Below, in pieces: positions 8,673 through 16,587 of a stretch of 32,000 nt of DNA. Within the stretch, counting starts at the first letter, position 1, and each line of letters opens with the position of its first letter. Below the pieces are notes generated by a model that saw only the letters and a program-made list of their open reading frames with translations, did no database searches and was not told the DNA's origin. This DNA comes from Propionibacterium ruminifibrarum. GTDB lineage: Bacteria > Actinomycetota > Actinomycetes > Propionibacteriales > Propionibacteriaceae. The stretch lies in assembly GCF_900289195.1 (NCBI RefSeq), contig NZ_OMOH01000003.1, forward strand, positions 120,001 to 152,000, read 5' to 3'. The position numbers were made by a program, and so were the translations under genes.

Positions 8673-9686
8673 TCAGTCGATCCACATGGAGACGAGGACC
8701 TTGCCGGACTGTGTGCTGTCCCGGGCGACCCTGAAGGCCTCGGCGGCCTGGTCGGCCGGGAACGTGTGGGTCACTGCCGTGGTGATCCGGGGATGCTGGG
8801 CGATCATGGTGACCGCGTCGTCGATCTCCGCGTCGTAGCGGAACGACCCGACGTAGCGGATCTCCTTGGTCTCCAGGTGGGCGATGTTGACCGAGATCTC
8901 CTCGTCCGGGAGCGTCCCGACCTGGCACACCGTCCCCGTCCGGCGGGCCGCCCGGATGGCCGGTTCGACGGCCCTGGGTGATCCGGAGCACTCGAACACG
9001 ATGTCGTAGCCCGAGTCCTCCGGGCTCTCCTGCCCCAGCTGGATCGTCCGGTCCGCGCCGATCCGGCTCGCCCGTTCCAGGGGGACGGCGAGCATGTCGC
9101 TCGACGTGACCGAACGGGCACCCAGGATCTTGGCCGCGCCCGCGACGAGGAGCCCGATGGGGCCCGCCCCGGACACGAGGACGTCCCGCCCCTCGACGCC
9201 GCCGGCGACGGCCAGGGCGTGCAGGGCGACGGCCAGGGGCTCGGCGAGTGCACCGTGCTCCAGGCTCACCGATTCGGGGAGCGCCCGCACCATGTACCGC
9301 TTGATGAGGACGTACTCGCTGGCGCCGCCCTGGTCATGAGGGAGGTTCGCCGCGCTGCCCATGTAGTGGCTGCCCGGCCACAGGTAGGACTTGTCCTCCA
9401 GCCCGGCGACGGGCCGGCCCGGGGAGGCCGGGGCGATGGTGATCGGCGTCCCCGGGGCGTAGGTGCCCGACGGGTCGGCGTCGACGACACCCGACATCTC
9501 GTGGCCGAAGCTGAAGGGCTCCCGCACGGTGTTGGGCCCGTTGGCGCCCCGGAAGTAGTAGTTGAGGTCGGAACCGCAGATACCGACGTAGTGGATCCGG
9601 ACGCGGACCTCGTCGGGCCCCGGTTCGGGGACGGGCAGGTCCTGGACGACCATGTCCTGTGGGCCGAGGATCTTCAGAGACTTCAT
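8673..9686 (-). CDS. Zn-dependent medium-chain alcohol/polyol dehydrogenase, L-idonate 5-dehydrogenase / sorbitol dehydrogenase-like
   Basis: Track ORF trimmed to the ATG at 9686 (GGAAGGA 9 nt upstream). MKSLKILGPQDMVVQDLPVPEPGPDEVRVRIHYVGICGSDLNYYFRG...FGHEMSGVV carries the GICGSDLHYY / GHE zinc-ADH motifs. GAGPIG Rossmann motif present. Confidence 0.87.
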   Translation of the reverse strand: MKSLKILGPQDMVVQDLPVPEPGPDEVRVRIHYVGICGSDLNYYFRGANGPNTVREPFSFGHEMSGVVDADPSGTYAPGTPITIAPASPGRPVAGLEDKSYLWPGSHYMGSAANLPHDQGGASEYVLIKRYMVRALPESVSLEHGALAEPLAVALHALAVAGGVEGRDVLVSGAGPIGLLVAGAAKILGARSVTSSDMLAVPLERASRIGADRTIQLGQESPEDSGYDIVFECSGSPRAVEPAIRAARRTGTVCQVGTLPDEEISVNIAHLETKEIRYVGSFRYDAEIDDAVTMIAQHPRITTAVTHTFPADQAAEAFRVARDSTQSGKVLVSMWID

Positions 9687-9718
9687 CGTGGGGAGTCCTT
9701 CCATGAGGGTTTCGGCGC

Positions 9719-10933
9719 TCACCAGTCGGTGAGCGTGCCGTCCAGCCGGCGGGCGACGGGCAGGTAGGCGGCGGTGTAGGGATGGGCCCGGAGGACGTCC
9801 TCGTCGAGGTCGACGCCCAGGCCCGGCGCCTCGCCGGGCTCGAGGTGGCCTGAGGAGAAGGTCCACGCGTGGGGGAACGCCTCGTGAACCAGGTCCGGGT
9901 AGCCCATGTACTCCTGGATGGCGGCGTTGTGGGTGGCGATACCCAGGTGGATCGACGCGGCCAGGGTGATCGGCGAGACGTCGGAGGGGCCGTGCGGCGC
10001 CGCCTGCACGCCGTGGACCTGGGCGAGGGTGAAGATCGTCCGGGCGTGGCTGATGCCGCCCGCGTGCACGACGGCGCACCGGATGTAGTCGATGAGTCGG
10101 TTCTCGATGAGCCGCTGACAGTCCCAGACGGTGTTGAACACCTCGCCGATCGCGAGCGGGGTCGTCGTGTGGGCGCGGACGAACTCCAGCGCAGCCTGGT
10201 CCTCGGCCGGGGTGACGTCCTCGAGCCAGTAGAGACCGACGGGTTCCACGGCCCGGGCGAGGCGGGCCGCCTGGTTGGGGTTGAGCCTGTGGTGGGCGTC
10301 GTGGAGCAGCCCGATCTCGTCGCCGACGTGTTCGCGGACCGCGGCCAGGACCGCCGGCACGGTGGCGATGTACCGTTCGGCGTCCCAGCGCTCCTCGCTG
10401 GGACGTGCCGCGCGGCCCGCGGGTTCGTAGCTGGCGGTGCGCGAGACCCCGTAGACGGTGTCCAGGCCGGGAACGCCGCTCTGGACCCGGACGTGGGTGC
10501 ACCCGTCCGCCAGGTGCCGGTCGACCTGGTCGAGGAGCGAGGGCAGGTCCCACCCGAAGGCGTGCCGGTAGGTGGTGAGCCACTGGCGCACCCGTCCGCC
10601 CAGCAGCTGGTAGACGGGCTGGTGCGTGCGTTTGCCGAGAATGTCCCACAGGGCCATGTCCACGCCGCCGATGGCGGCCATCGAGATGGGGCCGCGGCGC
10701 CAGTAGACGCCGCGGTACAGGTACTGCCAGGTGTCCTCGATGGCGTTCGGGTCACGTCCGATGAGGATGGGGGCGACGTGGTCGCGCAGATAGGACGCCA
10801 CGGCCAGCTCCCTGCCGTTCACCGTGGCGTCGCCCAGGCCCACCAGACCGTCCGACGTCGTGATGCGGATCGTCACGTAGTTCCGCCCCGGGCTGGCGAC
10901 GATGACGTCGGCCGACTCGATCCTGTCTGCCAT
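9719..10933 (-). CDS. Enolase-superfamily D-mannonate/D-gluconate dehydratase (ManD subgroup)
   Basis: Track ORF trimmed to the ATG at 10933 (AGGAAAA upstream). MADRIESADVIVASPGRNYVTIRITTSDGLVGLGDATVNGRELAVASYLRDHV closely resembles ManD N-termini as recalled. An alternative start at 10960 adds 9 aa. Confidence 0.88.
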   Translation of the reverse strand: MADRIESADVIVASPGRNYVTIRITTSDGLVGLGDATVNGRELAVASYLRDHVAPILIGRDPNAIEDTWQYLYRGVYWRRGPISMAAIGGVDMALWDILGKRTHQPVYQLLGGRVRQWLTTYRHAFGWDLPSLLDQVDRHLADGCTHVRVQSGVPGLDTVYGVSRTASYEPAGRAARPSEERWDAERYIATVPAVLAAVREHVGDEIGLLHDAHHRLNPNQAARLARAVEPVGLYWLEDVTPAEDQAALEFVRAHTTTPLAIGEVFNTVWDCQRLIENRLIDYIRCAVVHAGGISHARTIFTLAQVHGVQAAPHGPSDVSPITLAASIHLGIATHNAAIQEYMGYPDLVHEAFPHAWTFSSGHLEPGEAPGLGVDLDEDVLRAHPYTAAYLPVARRLDGTLTDW

Positions 10934-11050
10934 GTGGTTTTCCTGTCGCTCGTGCTCCATCGCCAGTGACCGATCGGCTCGCCCTGCCGCCGGACCGTCC
11001 TGCGCTGACGCCACCCGGCATGGAGACATACCCTTGAGTTTCTTTGAACA

Positions 11051-11067
11051 AAACGAATATATCGTTT
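11051..11067. promoter_or_regulatory. Candidate operator palindrome in the divergent ManD / SDR promoter region
   Basis: AAACGA-atata-TCGTTT: perfect 6-bp arms with a 5-nt AT spacer, inside the only AT-rich patch of the 313-bp divergent intergenic region 10934..11246. Confidence 0.4.
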
Positions 11068-11246
11068 GACGAAACATAGTGTTACTCTCATGGTGACCGG
11101 AGGGCAAGTCGGTTTCGGCAATGTCTCGCCGGGACGAGGAGCCGTCCGTCCACGCGTCGTCGCACCGGTCCTGGCGCGCAGGGGCGCAGTCCATTGACGT
11201 GCTGGAAGCAACGTGAGTCTCCCGAGGGGGAGAACGGAGGGAAGAC

Positions 11247-12014
11247 ATGACACCGTCATTCGACATCTCGGGCAGGCTGGCCCTCGTCACCGGTTCGGCC
11301 AGGGGCCTGGGGAACGTGTACGCGCGGGGTCTCGCCGCGGCGGGCTGCGATGTCGTCGTCCATGGCCGTAACCCGGACGCGGTGGCCGAACAGGTCGATG
11401 ACATCGCGCGGACCTACCGGGTCAAGGCCCACCCATGCGTCGTCGACGTGGCGGACCGTGACCGCGTCGCCCAGGCCATCGGGGCCCTCATCGACGAGGT
11501 CGGTGCGCCCGACATCCTGGTCAACAACGCCGGTGTCCAGCGCAGGGCGCCGTTCCACGAGTTCCCCGTCGAACAGTGGGACGAGGTCATCGGCACCAAC
11601 CTGAGTGGCGTGTTCTACGTGTCACGGGCCGTCGCCCCGGCAATGGTGGAGCGGGGCTCCGGCAAGATCATCAACATCGGCTCCGTCGTCACCGTTCTCG
11701 CACGCCAGACGCTGCCGCCGTACACGGCCGCCAAGGGCGGCATCGCGATGCTCACGAAGGAGATGGCGGCCGATCTGACCAGGTACAACATCCAGGTCAA
11801 CGCCATCTCGCCCGGCTACTTCCGCACCGAGATGAACACGGCCCTCATCAACGACCCCGAGTTCGACGCCTGGGTGGTCCAGCGGACCCCGGCCCGACGG
11901 TGGGGCGAGCCGGAGGAACTGCTCGGAACCCTGGTGTATCTCGCCTCCCCGGCCTCGGACTTCGTCACCGGCCAGAACATCCTCGTCGACGGGGGCATGA
12001 CCTCGGTGCTGTGA
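11247..12014 (+). CDS. SDR-family oxidoreductase, gluconate 5-dehydrogenase / 5-keto-D-gluconate reductase (IdnO/KduD-like)
   Basis: 255 aa. TGSARGLG cofactor motif, NNAG, catalytic Ser...YTAAK (YxxxK), C-terminal VDGG. GGAGGGAAG RBS upstream. Divergent from the ManD operon. Confidence 0.88.
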   Translation: MTPSFDISGRLALVTGSARGLGNVYARGLAAAGCDVVVHGRNPDAVAEQVDDIARTYRVKAHPCVVDVADRDRVAQAIGALIDEVGAPDILVNNAGVQRRAPFHEFPVEQWDEVIGTNLSGVFYVSRAVAPAMVERGSGKIINIGSVVTVLARQTLPPYTAAKGGIAMLTKEMAADLTRYNIQVNAISPGYFRTEMNTALINDPEFDAWVVQRTPARRWGEPEELLGTLVYLASPASDFVTGQNILVDGGMTSVL

Positions 12015-12627
12015 GCCCCGGATGCCAGGCGCGCGGCCGGCGTCGAGCGCCCCGATCACGACCTGGATGAATCCCGCCGGCTCAATCTGCGGGCGGCCGA
12101 GCTGCTCGACATCGTCCAGGACGAGATCGTCGCCCAGGGCTCGGACGGGCGCTGATCCGGCGGGGTGCCGCCCGGCCCCGCCTCCAGGATGGCTGCGGAC
12201 CACCCGGCCTGCACTCGCGTGGCCTCGGCGGGTGCGCGCCGCCCGCCGGGCAGCCGGTGCCCGGCGTGTCCTCGACTCGTGCGGGGGCGTCGTCCATGGT
12301 GCGCATCCAGCGCGGCAGCGCCGCATCGACCGGGATTCTCGGGGGATTCACCAAGGGCGCAGGAAAGCCTCACTTAAATACGAGCATGTCCTTTTCCAGG
12401 CCGTGGTGGTCAAGCCCCCAGGGCCATTGTTCAATTATTCCAAGTGCATTCGAAAAATATTACGGACCGTTGTCGATCAATAATTATTAATTCATAAAAA
12501 ACCCTCTGACAAGGTGTAACAATGAGTTATTGGCGACAAGGTCAGCCTGTGCTGTCTTGCGGGCGAGTTGCGGAAGGGGAAGAGTTATAGATATCAGAAG
12601 TGACACCCGGAACATCTGAGAGGATGA

Positions 12628-12906
12628 ATGATCATGACTGCCATCGCCCCCGTCACAACCTGCGCCACCACCGCCTGCGCCTTCAACAATGGCGGCTGCA
12701 CCGCATTCGCCGTCACGGTCGGCAGCAAGCCTGTCTGCCAGACCCTGGCCGTTCTCGATGCCCGCGCCGGCCTCGCCGAGGCCAACGGCCAGGTTGGTGC
12801 CTGCCAGTGCATCGAGTGCGTCCACAACAAGGACCTCATGTGCACCGCCGAGAGCGTGAGCTTCGGCGCCGAGGGCGCCCCCTGCCTGAGCTACGAGGTC
12901 GCCTGA
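12628..12906 (+). CDS. DUF1540 domain protein (small Cys-rich, two repeats)
   Basis: 92 aa: CATTACAFNNGGCTAFAVTV...C and GACQCIECVHNKDLMCTAESVSF...C, the two-repeat Cys pattern recalled for DUF1540. GAGAGGA at 12618-12624 fits the ATG at 12634 better (9 nt spacing), so the true start may be 12634. Confidence 0.78.
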   Translation: MIMTAIAPVTTCATTACAFNNGGCTAFAVTVGSKPVCQTLAVLDARAGLAEANGQVGACQCIECVHNKDLMCTAESVSFGAEGAPCLSYEVA

Positions 12907-12948
12907 TCTGAGCGGTTTCACCGGGGATGCCCGGTGAGTGATCATTCC

Positions 12949-12986
12949 ATTGGGGCCCCTGCCGATCATTCGGCAGGGGCCCCAAT
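12949..12986. terminator. Strong bidirectional terminator hairpin (17-bp perfect stem, 4-nt loop)
   Basis: ATTGGGGCCCCTGCCGA tcat TCGGCAGGGGCCCCAAT, between the convergent genes ending at 12906 (+) and 13013 (-). A second 7-bp hairpin, CACCGGG gatg CCCGGTG, lies just upstream at about 12919-12936. Confidence 0.7.
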
Positions 12987-13012
12987 GCGGTGTGTGCGAG
13001 GCGGGATGAGAG

Positions 13013-13855
13013 TCAGCCGAGGGTCGGTGCCGTGCGGGAGGCCAGCTGCTGAAGGGCTGAGTCCAGTGCCGCCATGGAGTCGACGGGGGAGTCGAATGGG
13101 GCGAAGAAGGTACTCGTCTGGGTCGGCTCCACCGTCATGAGCGTCAGGCCGTAGCGGTCGACGTCGACGCAGTAGATGCGGTTCCAGGTGTGCGGGCACC
13201 CCGCGGTCACGGTGTGTCGCGAACAGATGCGGCCCGCGATGCGCTCGTCGTCGATGGCGTCGGCGATGTTCCACAGGGCGTCCTCGCCGAGGGCCATTGC
13301 TGCGTCGAAGGCCTCGAACTCGTCCTCGATGGTGGGGAAGGGCATGCTGGAACTGGTCTCCATCAGGGTGCCGAAGGCCATCGGGGTGACGCCCGTGGAA
13401 TCGTGCAGCAGCACGCGCTGGGTCCGGATGACGCCCAGCCGACCGTGCGGATGGGCGACGGTGGCGGCCACCCGGGGCGGCAGCTGGCCGTCGGCCAGCA
13501 GCTGCGCCGAGACCTGCAGGGGCATCCACTCGAGGGTGCCTAGCAGGTGCACGGCCGAGGAGATGATGTGTACGCCCGGCTCCTGCGAGGCCTTGGTGAC
13601 GTCGAGGCGAACGGCGATCGACTCGGTCAGCGGCATCTCGGCGACCTCGTCGCCCGGAGTGGGACAACAGGCCACGACGATGCGGCCGGATCTCGTCAGG
13701 CCGTGCGCGAGGAACTCAATACTGACCTGGGGGTCCTGGCGGTATGCGAGCAATGACCCGCAGCCGGAACCACAGAGCAACCGGTAGGCGATCGACTGGG
13801 TGCGTCCCACGAGTGCGTCGGTTGTCGCCGCACCCGCCTCCGGTACCAGGGACAT
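13013..13855 (-). CDS. Hypothetical protein, DUF2470-like (actinobacterial family ending in a ...DRYGL.L... motif)
   Basis: 280-aa ORF with high third-position GC. GGAAGGA 7 nt before the ATG at 13855. C-terminal VDVDRYGLTLMTVE and overall layout resemble DUF2470-type proteins as recalled. The family assignment is tentative. Confidence 0.7.
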   Translation of the reverse strand: MSLVPEAGAATTDALVGRTQSIAYRLLCGSGCGSLLAYRQDPQVSIEFLAHGLTRSGRIVVACCPTPGDEVAEMPLTESIAVRLDVTKASQEPGVHIISSAVHLLGTLEWMPLQVSAQLLADGQLPPRVAATVAHPHGRLGVIRTQRVLLHDSTGVTPMAFGTLMETSSSMPFPTIEDEFEAFDAAMALGEDALWNIADAIDDERIAGRICSRHTVTAGCPHTWNRIYCVDVDRYGLTLMTVEPTQTSTFFAPFDSPVDSMAALDSALQQLASRTAPTLG

Positions 13856-14245
13856 GTCGGGATCCTTCCGTCGGGAAGCGTCGCTCCTGTCATGGAACGC
13901 TTAGGCGAGCCTAATCTGTAGATCCCCGAATGGGAAGATCGAGTCTGCTCTTCGGACGGGAAATTCGCTCGAAAGCGGAACCGGGTCGCTGCTCGGCGGG
14001 CATGCGCGCCTGGTCGATCATGCATGAAACGCATGACTCAAGGCTTCGATGCGCATAGCGGAGAGCTTCCATGGCGGGCCGCTGATTTCATAATCATGCT
14101 TCATGACAGTAAGGGGCCGTCATGCGTTGCCAACAGGGGATTCGATACCACGCGGACGTCTGGCGTCCGTGCTCGTGAGCTGTCGAGGCCCGGCGCCGCG
14201 ACCTGTCAACCGGGCCATGAGCCCCCACCGAACAACAGAGGTTCC

Positions 14246-14926
14246 ATGAAACGCACAAGAATCATCACTCTCGTCGCCGTCCTCGCCGTCCTGGCCGCCG
14301 CGCTGCTCGGCTATGACCTGCTCCGTCGCGGATCCGATGCCGCTTCGCCTGCCCGGGGCCAGTCCGATAGCGGCGCCGCCGAGTCGGCGAACCCATCGGC
14401 CGCCGGATCGGACGCGGGCGACTCCAAGATCCTCATCGTCTACTTCTCCCGCACCGAGGGCGTCTACGACGGTCCGCTCGATGTCGGGCACACCAAGGTC
14501 GTGGCCGACTTCATCCAGGCCCGCACCGGCGCCGACGAATACGAGATCGTGCCCGCCACCGATTACCCGACCGACTACCAGAGCACCACCGAGATCGCCC
14601 AGGCCGAGCAGAACGAGGACGCCCGTCCGGCCATCGCCAACCCGCTGCCCGACGTCGCCGACTACGACACCGTCTTCATCGGGGCGCCGATCTGGTGGGG
14701 CGAGTACCCGATGATCGTGAGAACCTTCATGGACGGCGTCGACCTGAACGGGAAGACGCTCGTACCGTTCACGACCCACGAGGGCTCCGGTCTCGGGACG
14801 ACCCAGAGTCAGCTCGCCGCCCAGTATCCTGATGCGACCGTTCTTGACGGACTGGGCGTACGGGGCGGCGAGGCCGAGTCCAGCCGGCCCGACGTGGATG
14901 AGTGGCTCGAGGGGCTCGGGTTCTGA
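14246..14926 (+). CDS. Exported / membrane-anchored flavodoxin-family protein
   Basis: Track ORF trimmed to the ATG at 14246 (AGAGG 5 nt upstream). MKRTRIITLVAVLAVLAAALLG is a signal or anchor sequence. It is followed by a ~40-aa Ser/Ala/Gly/Asp linker and then a flavodoxin core, KILIVYFSRTEG...VFIGAPIWWGEYPMIV...GKTLVPFTTHEGSG. Confidence 0.8.
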   Translation: MKRTRIITLVAVLAVLAAALLGYDLLRRGSDAASPARGQSDSGAAESANPSAAGSDAGDSKILIVYFSRTEGVYDGPLDVGHTKVVADFIQARTGADEYEIVPATDYPTDYQSTTEIAQAEQNEDARPAIANPLPDVADYDTVFIGAPIWWGEYPMIVRTFMDGVDLNGKTLVPFTTHEGSGLGTTQSQLAAQYPDATVLDGLGVRGGEAESSRPDVDEWLEGLGF

Positions 14927-14947
14927 ACCGGTCGGGTTTCACGCAGC

Positions 14948-15628
14948 ATGTTCAGGCATCACCCCATTGAGTGGTACCTGGCATGGGCCGTCGTCCTCGT
15001 CGCGGCGCCCATGCCATTGGTCTACACGCTGAACATCTCGATGGTCGACGCCCCGCCCCGGCTACTCGTCCACGACCTCGGGGCGGCCGCCTACACGTGG
15101 TGGCTGGTGGCCGTTGCGTTGTCGAGCCGGCCGCGCTGGATCGACCGGATGATCGGGCTGCCGGCCGTCTACACGATGCACGCCGTCCTCGGTGTGCTCG
15201 CCCTGGGGGCCGCCACCGCGCACGTGCTCGCCTCGTTCACGATGCACCCGGTCATCCGCTGGACCGGACGGATCGCGTGGTACCTGGCGATCTTCGGTGT
15301 GCTGTACGCGGGCCTGTTCATGAGCGGCCTGCTCGTCGACCGGCTGCCCCGAGCCGCCAGGCTGAAGGCCAAGGCCGAACGCGTCCTGGCGCATCGGGTC
15401 TCGGTATGGGTCCACCGGCTCAACCTCGTCGCGATCATTCTCATTCTGGTGCACGTCCATGTCATCCCGAGGGTGGCGCGGGCCACCGGCTTCGTCGTCG
15501 CCATGGACATCTACACCTTCGTGGCCTTGGCCGCCTACGTCTGGGGGCGATTCGCCGCTCCGGCGCTCCGGCCGAACCGTGGTGTCGTCATGCGAACGAG
15601 ACGCTCGGGCGGCATACCCGTAGGCTGA
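14948..15628 (+). CDS. Ferric-reductase-like (NOX/FRE/YedZ-type) transmembrane heme domain, N-terminal part of a frameshifted gene
   Basis: 226 aa and about 6 TM. Two His pairs with NOX-type spacing: H-x13-H in YTMHAVLGVLALGAATAHVL and H-x12-H in VHRLNLVAIILILVHV. Ends at a TGA at 15626-15628, while the FAD/NAD domain continues in the -1 frame. Confidence 0.8.
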   Translation: MFRHHPIEWYLAWAVVLVAAPMPLVYTLNISMVDAPPRLLVHDLGAAAYTWWLVAVALSSRPRWIDRMIGLPAVYTMHAVLGVLALGAATAHVLASFTMHPVIRWTGRIAWYLAIFGVLYAGLFMSGLLVDRLPRAARLKAKAERVLAHRVSVWVHRLNLVAIILILVHVHVIPRVARATGFVVAMDIYTFVALAAYVWGRFAAPALRPNRGVVMRTRRSGGIPVG

Positions 15629-15660
15629 GCATCGAACTCGACGGCAGGACGCCGGCCCCC

Positions 15661-16251
15661 ATGGCCGGTGACTACTACTTCATATCGGTGCACGGCGTGC
15701 CGGGAGTGACGACCGAGTCGCACCCGTTCTCCGTCACCTTCGCGCCCTCGGGGGAGCGCGGCAGGACGGTGGACTTCACGATCCGGGAGGCCGGTGACTT
15801 CACCGGAACCGTCGAGATGATCCCCGTGGGCGCTGATGTCGTCCTGGAGGGCCCCTTCGGCCGTTTCGGACCGGTCATCGAGGCCACGAACCCGTCACGA
15901 CGACTGGTGCTGGTGGGTATGGGTACGGGGATCGCCCCGCTGATCGGTATCGCCCAGCAGTACGCCGGGGTGCGGCCGGTCACCGTTCTTCGCACTGTCC
16001 GCTCACCGGGCGATCTGCACGATGATGCCCTGCTGGCGAGGCTCGCCGAGGAGCATGAGTCATTCGTCTACGAGCGCCGCGTGCACCGCTGGGACGCCGC
16101 CCAGGTGACTGCATGCATCGCTCCCGAGGACCTGAGGACCGCACTGTTCATCGTGGTGGGTCCGGCGCCGGCGGTACTCGGCGCGCGCCGCATGCTGCGC
16201 GGCATTGGTGTTCCCTCGCGGCACATCGAGGACGAACGGCTCACGATGTGA
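15661..16251 (+). CDS. FAD/NAD(P)-binding ferredoxin-reductase-type domain, C-terminal part of the same frameshifted gene
   Basis: Frame of track ORF 14971..16251. HPFSVTF (flavin-binding HPF[ST]) and GMGTGIAP (nucleotide-binding). The first ATG in frame is 15661, but domain-like sequence (HANETLGRHTRRLSIELDG...) already starts near 15589 with no start codon. Confidence 0.7.
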   Translation: MAGDYYFISVHGVPGVTTESHPFSVTFAPSGERGRTVDFTIREAGDFTGTVEMIPVGADVVLEGPFGRFGPVIEATNPSRRLVLVGMGTGIAPLIGIAQQYAGVRPVTVLRTVRSPGDLHDDALLARLAEEHESFVYERRVHRWDAAQVTACIAPEDLRTALFIVVGPAPAVLGARRMLRGIGVPSRHIEDERLTM

Positions 16252-16587
16252 ATCCGCCGCCGGGCCCTGCGGTACTCGGCGCGCGACGCCGTGGCCCGGC
16301 GGGCGGGCCGTGGCTCACCGTGGCGGACCGGGCCGAGGGGGCTGGACGGAAGGGACGGTGGCGAGTCCACCGGTTCGCCCGCGACTTCGATGAACGGCAT
16401 GGGCGTTCCTGCCGGCTGATCCTGGTCGGGATGGGCGGGCATGCGGTACGCTCGCGCGGGTCCGGGGCAGGAGGGGCCGTGGTGCGACTCACGGCATCAT
16501 CTTGTTGCCCCGCCGTTCCGCTCGCGCGTTGACCGCTTGGTTCTCCTGATCGACCGAGCCGCAGCGCGATCACTCGAAGGAGACTCG

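Noticed and set aside
12015-12155. Stop-codon readthrough extension of the SDR gene (46 in-frame sense codons after the TGA)
   Set aside because: The SDR already ends at the normal position a few residues after the conserved VDGG motif. The in-phase periodicity is better explained as a gene remnant or coincidence, and is reported only as a low-interest gap observation.
12522-12590. 22-codon ORF (MSYWRQGQPVLSCGRVAEGEEL) in the AT-rich leader upstream of the DUF1540 gene
   Set aside because: No RBS, no conservation evidence available, and its length is within chance expectation. It cannot be supported from sequence alone.
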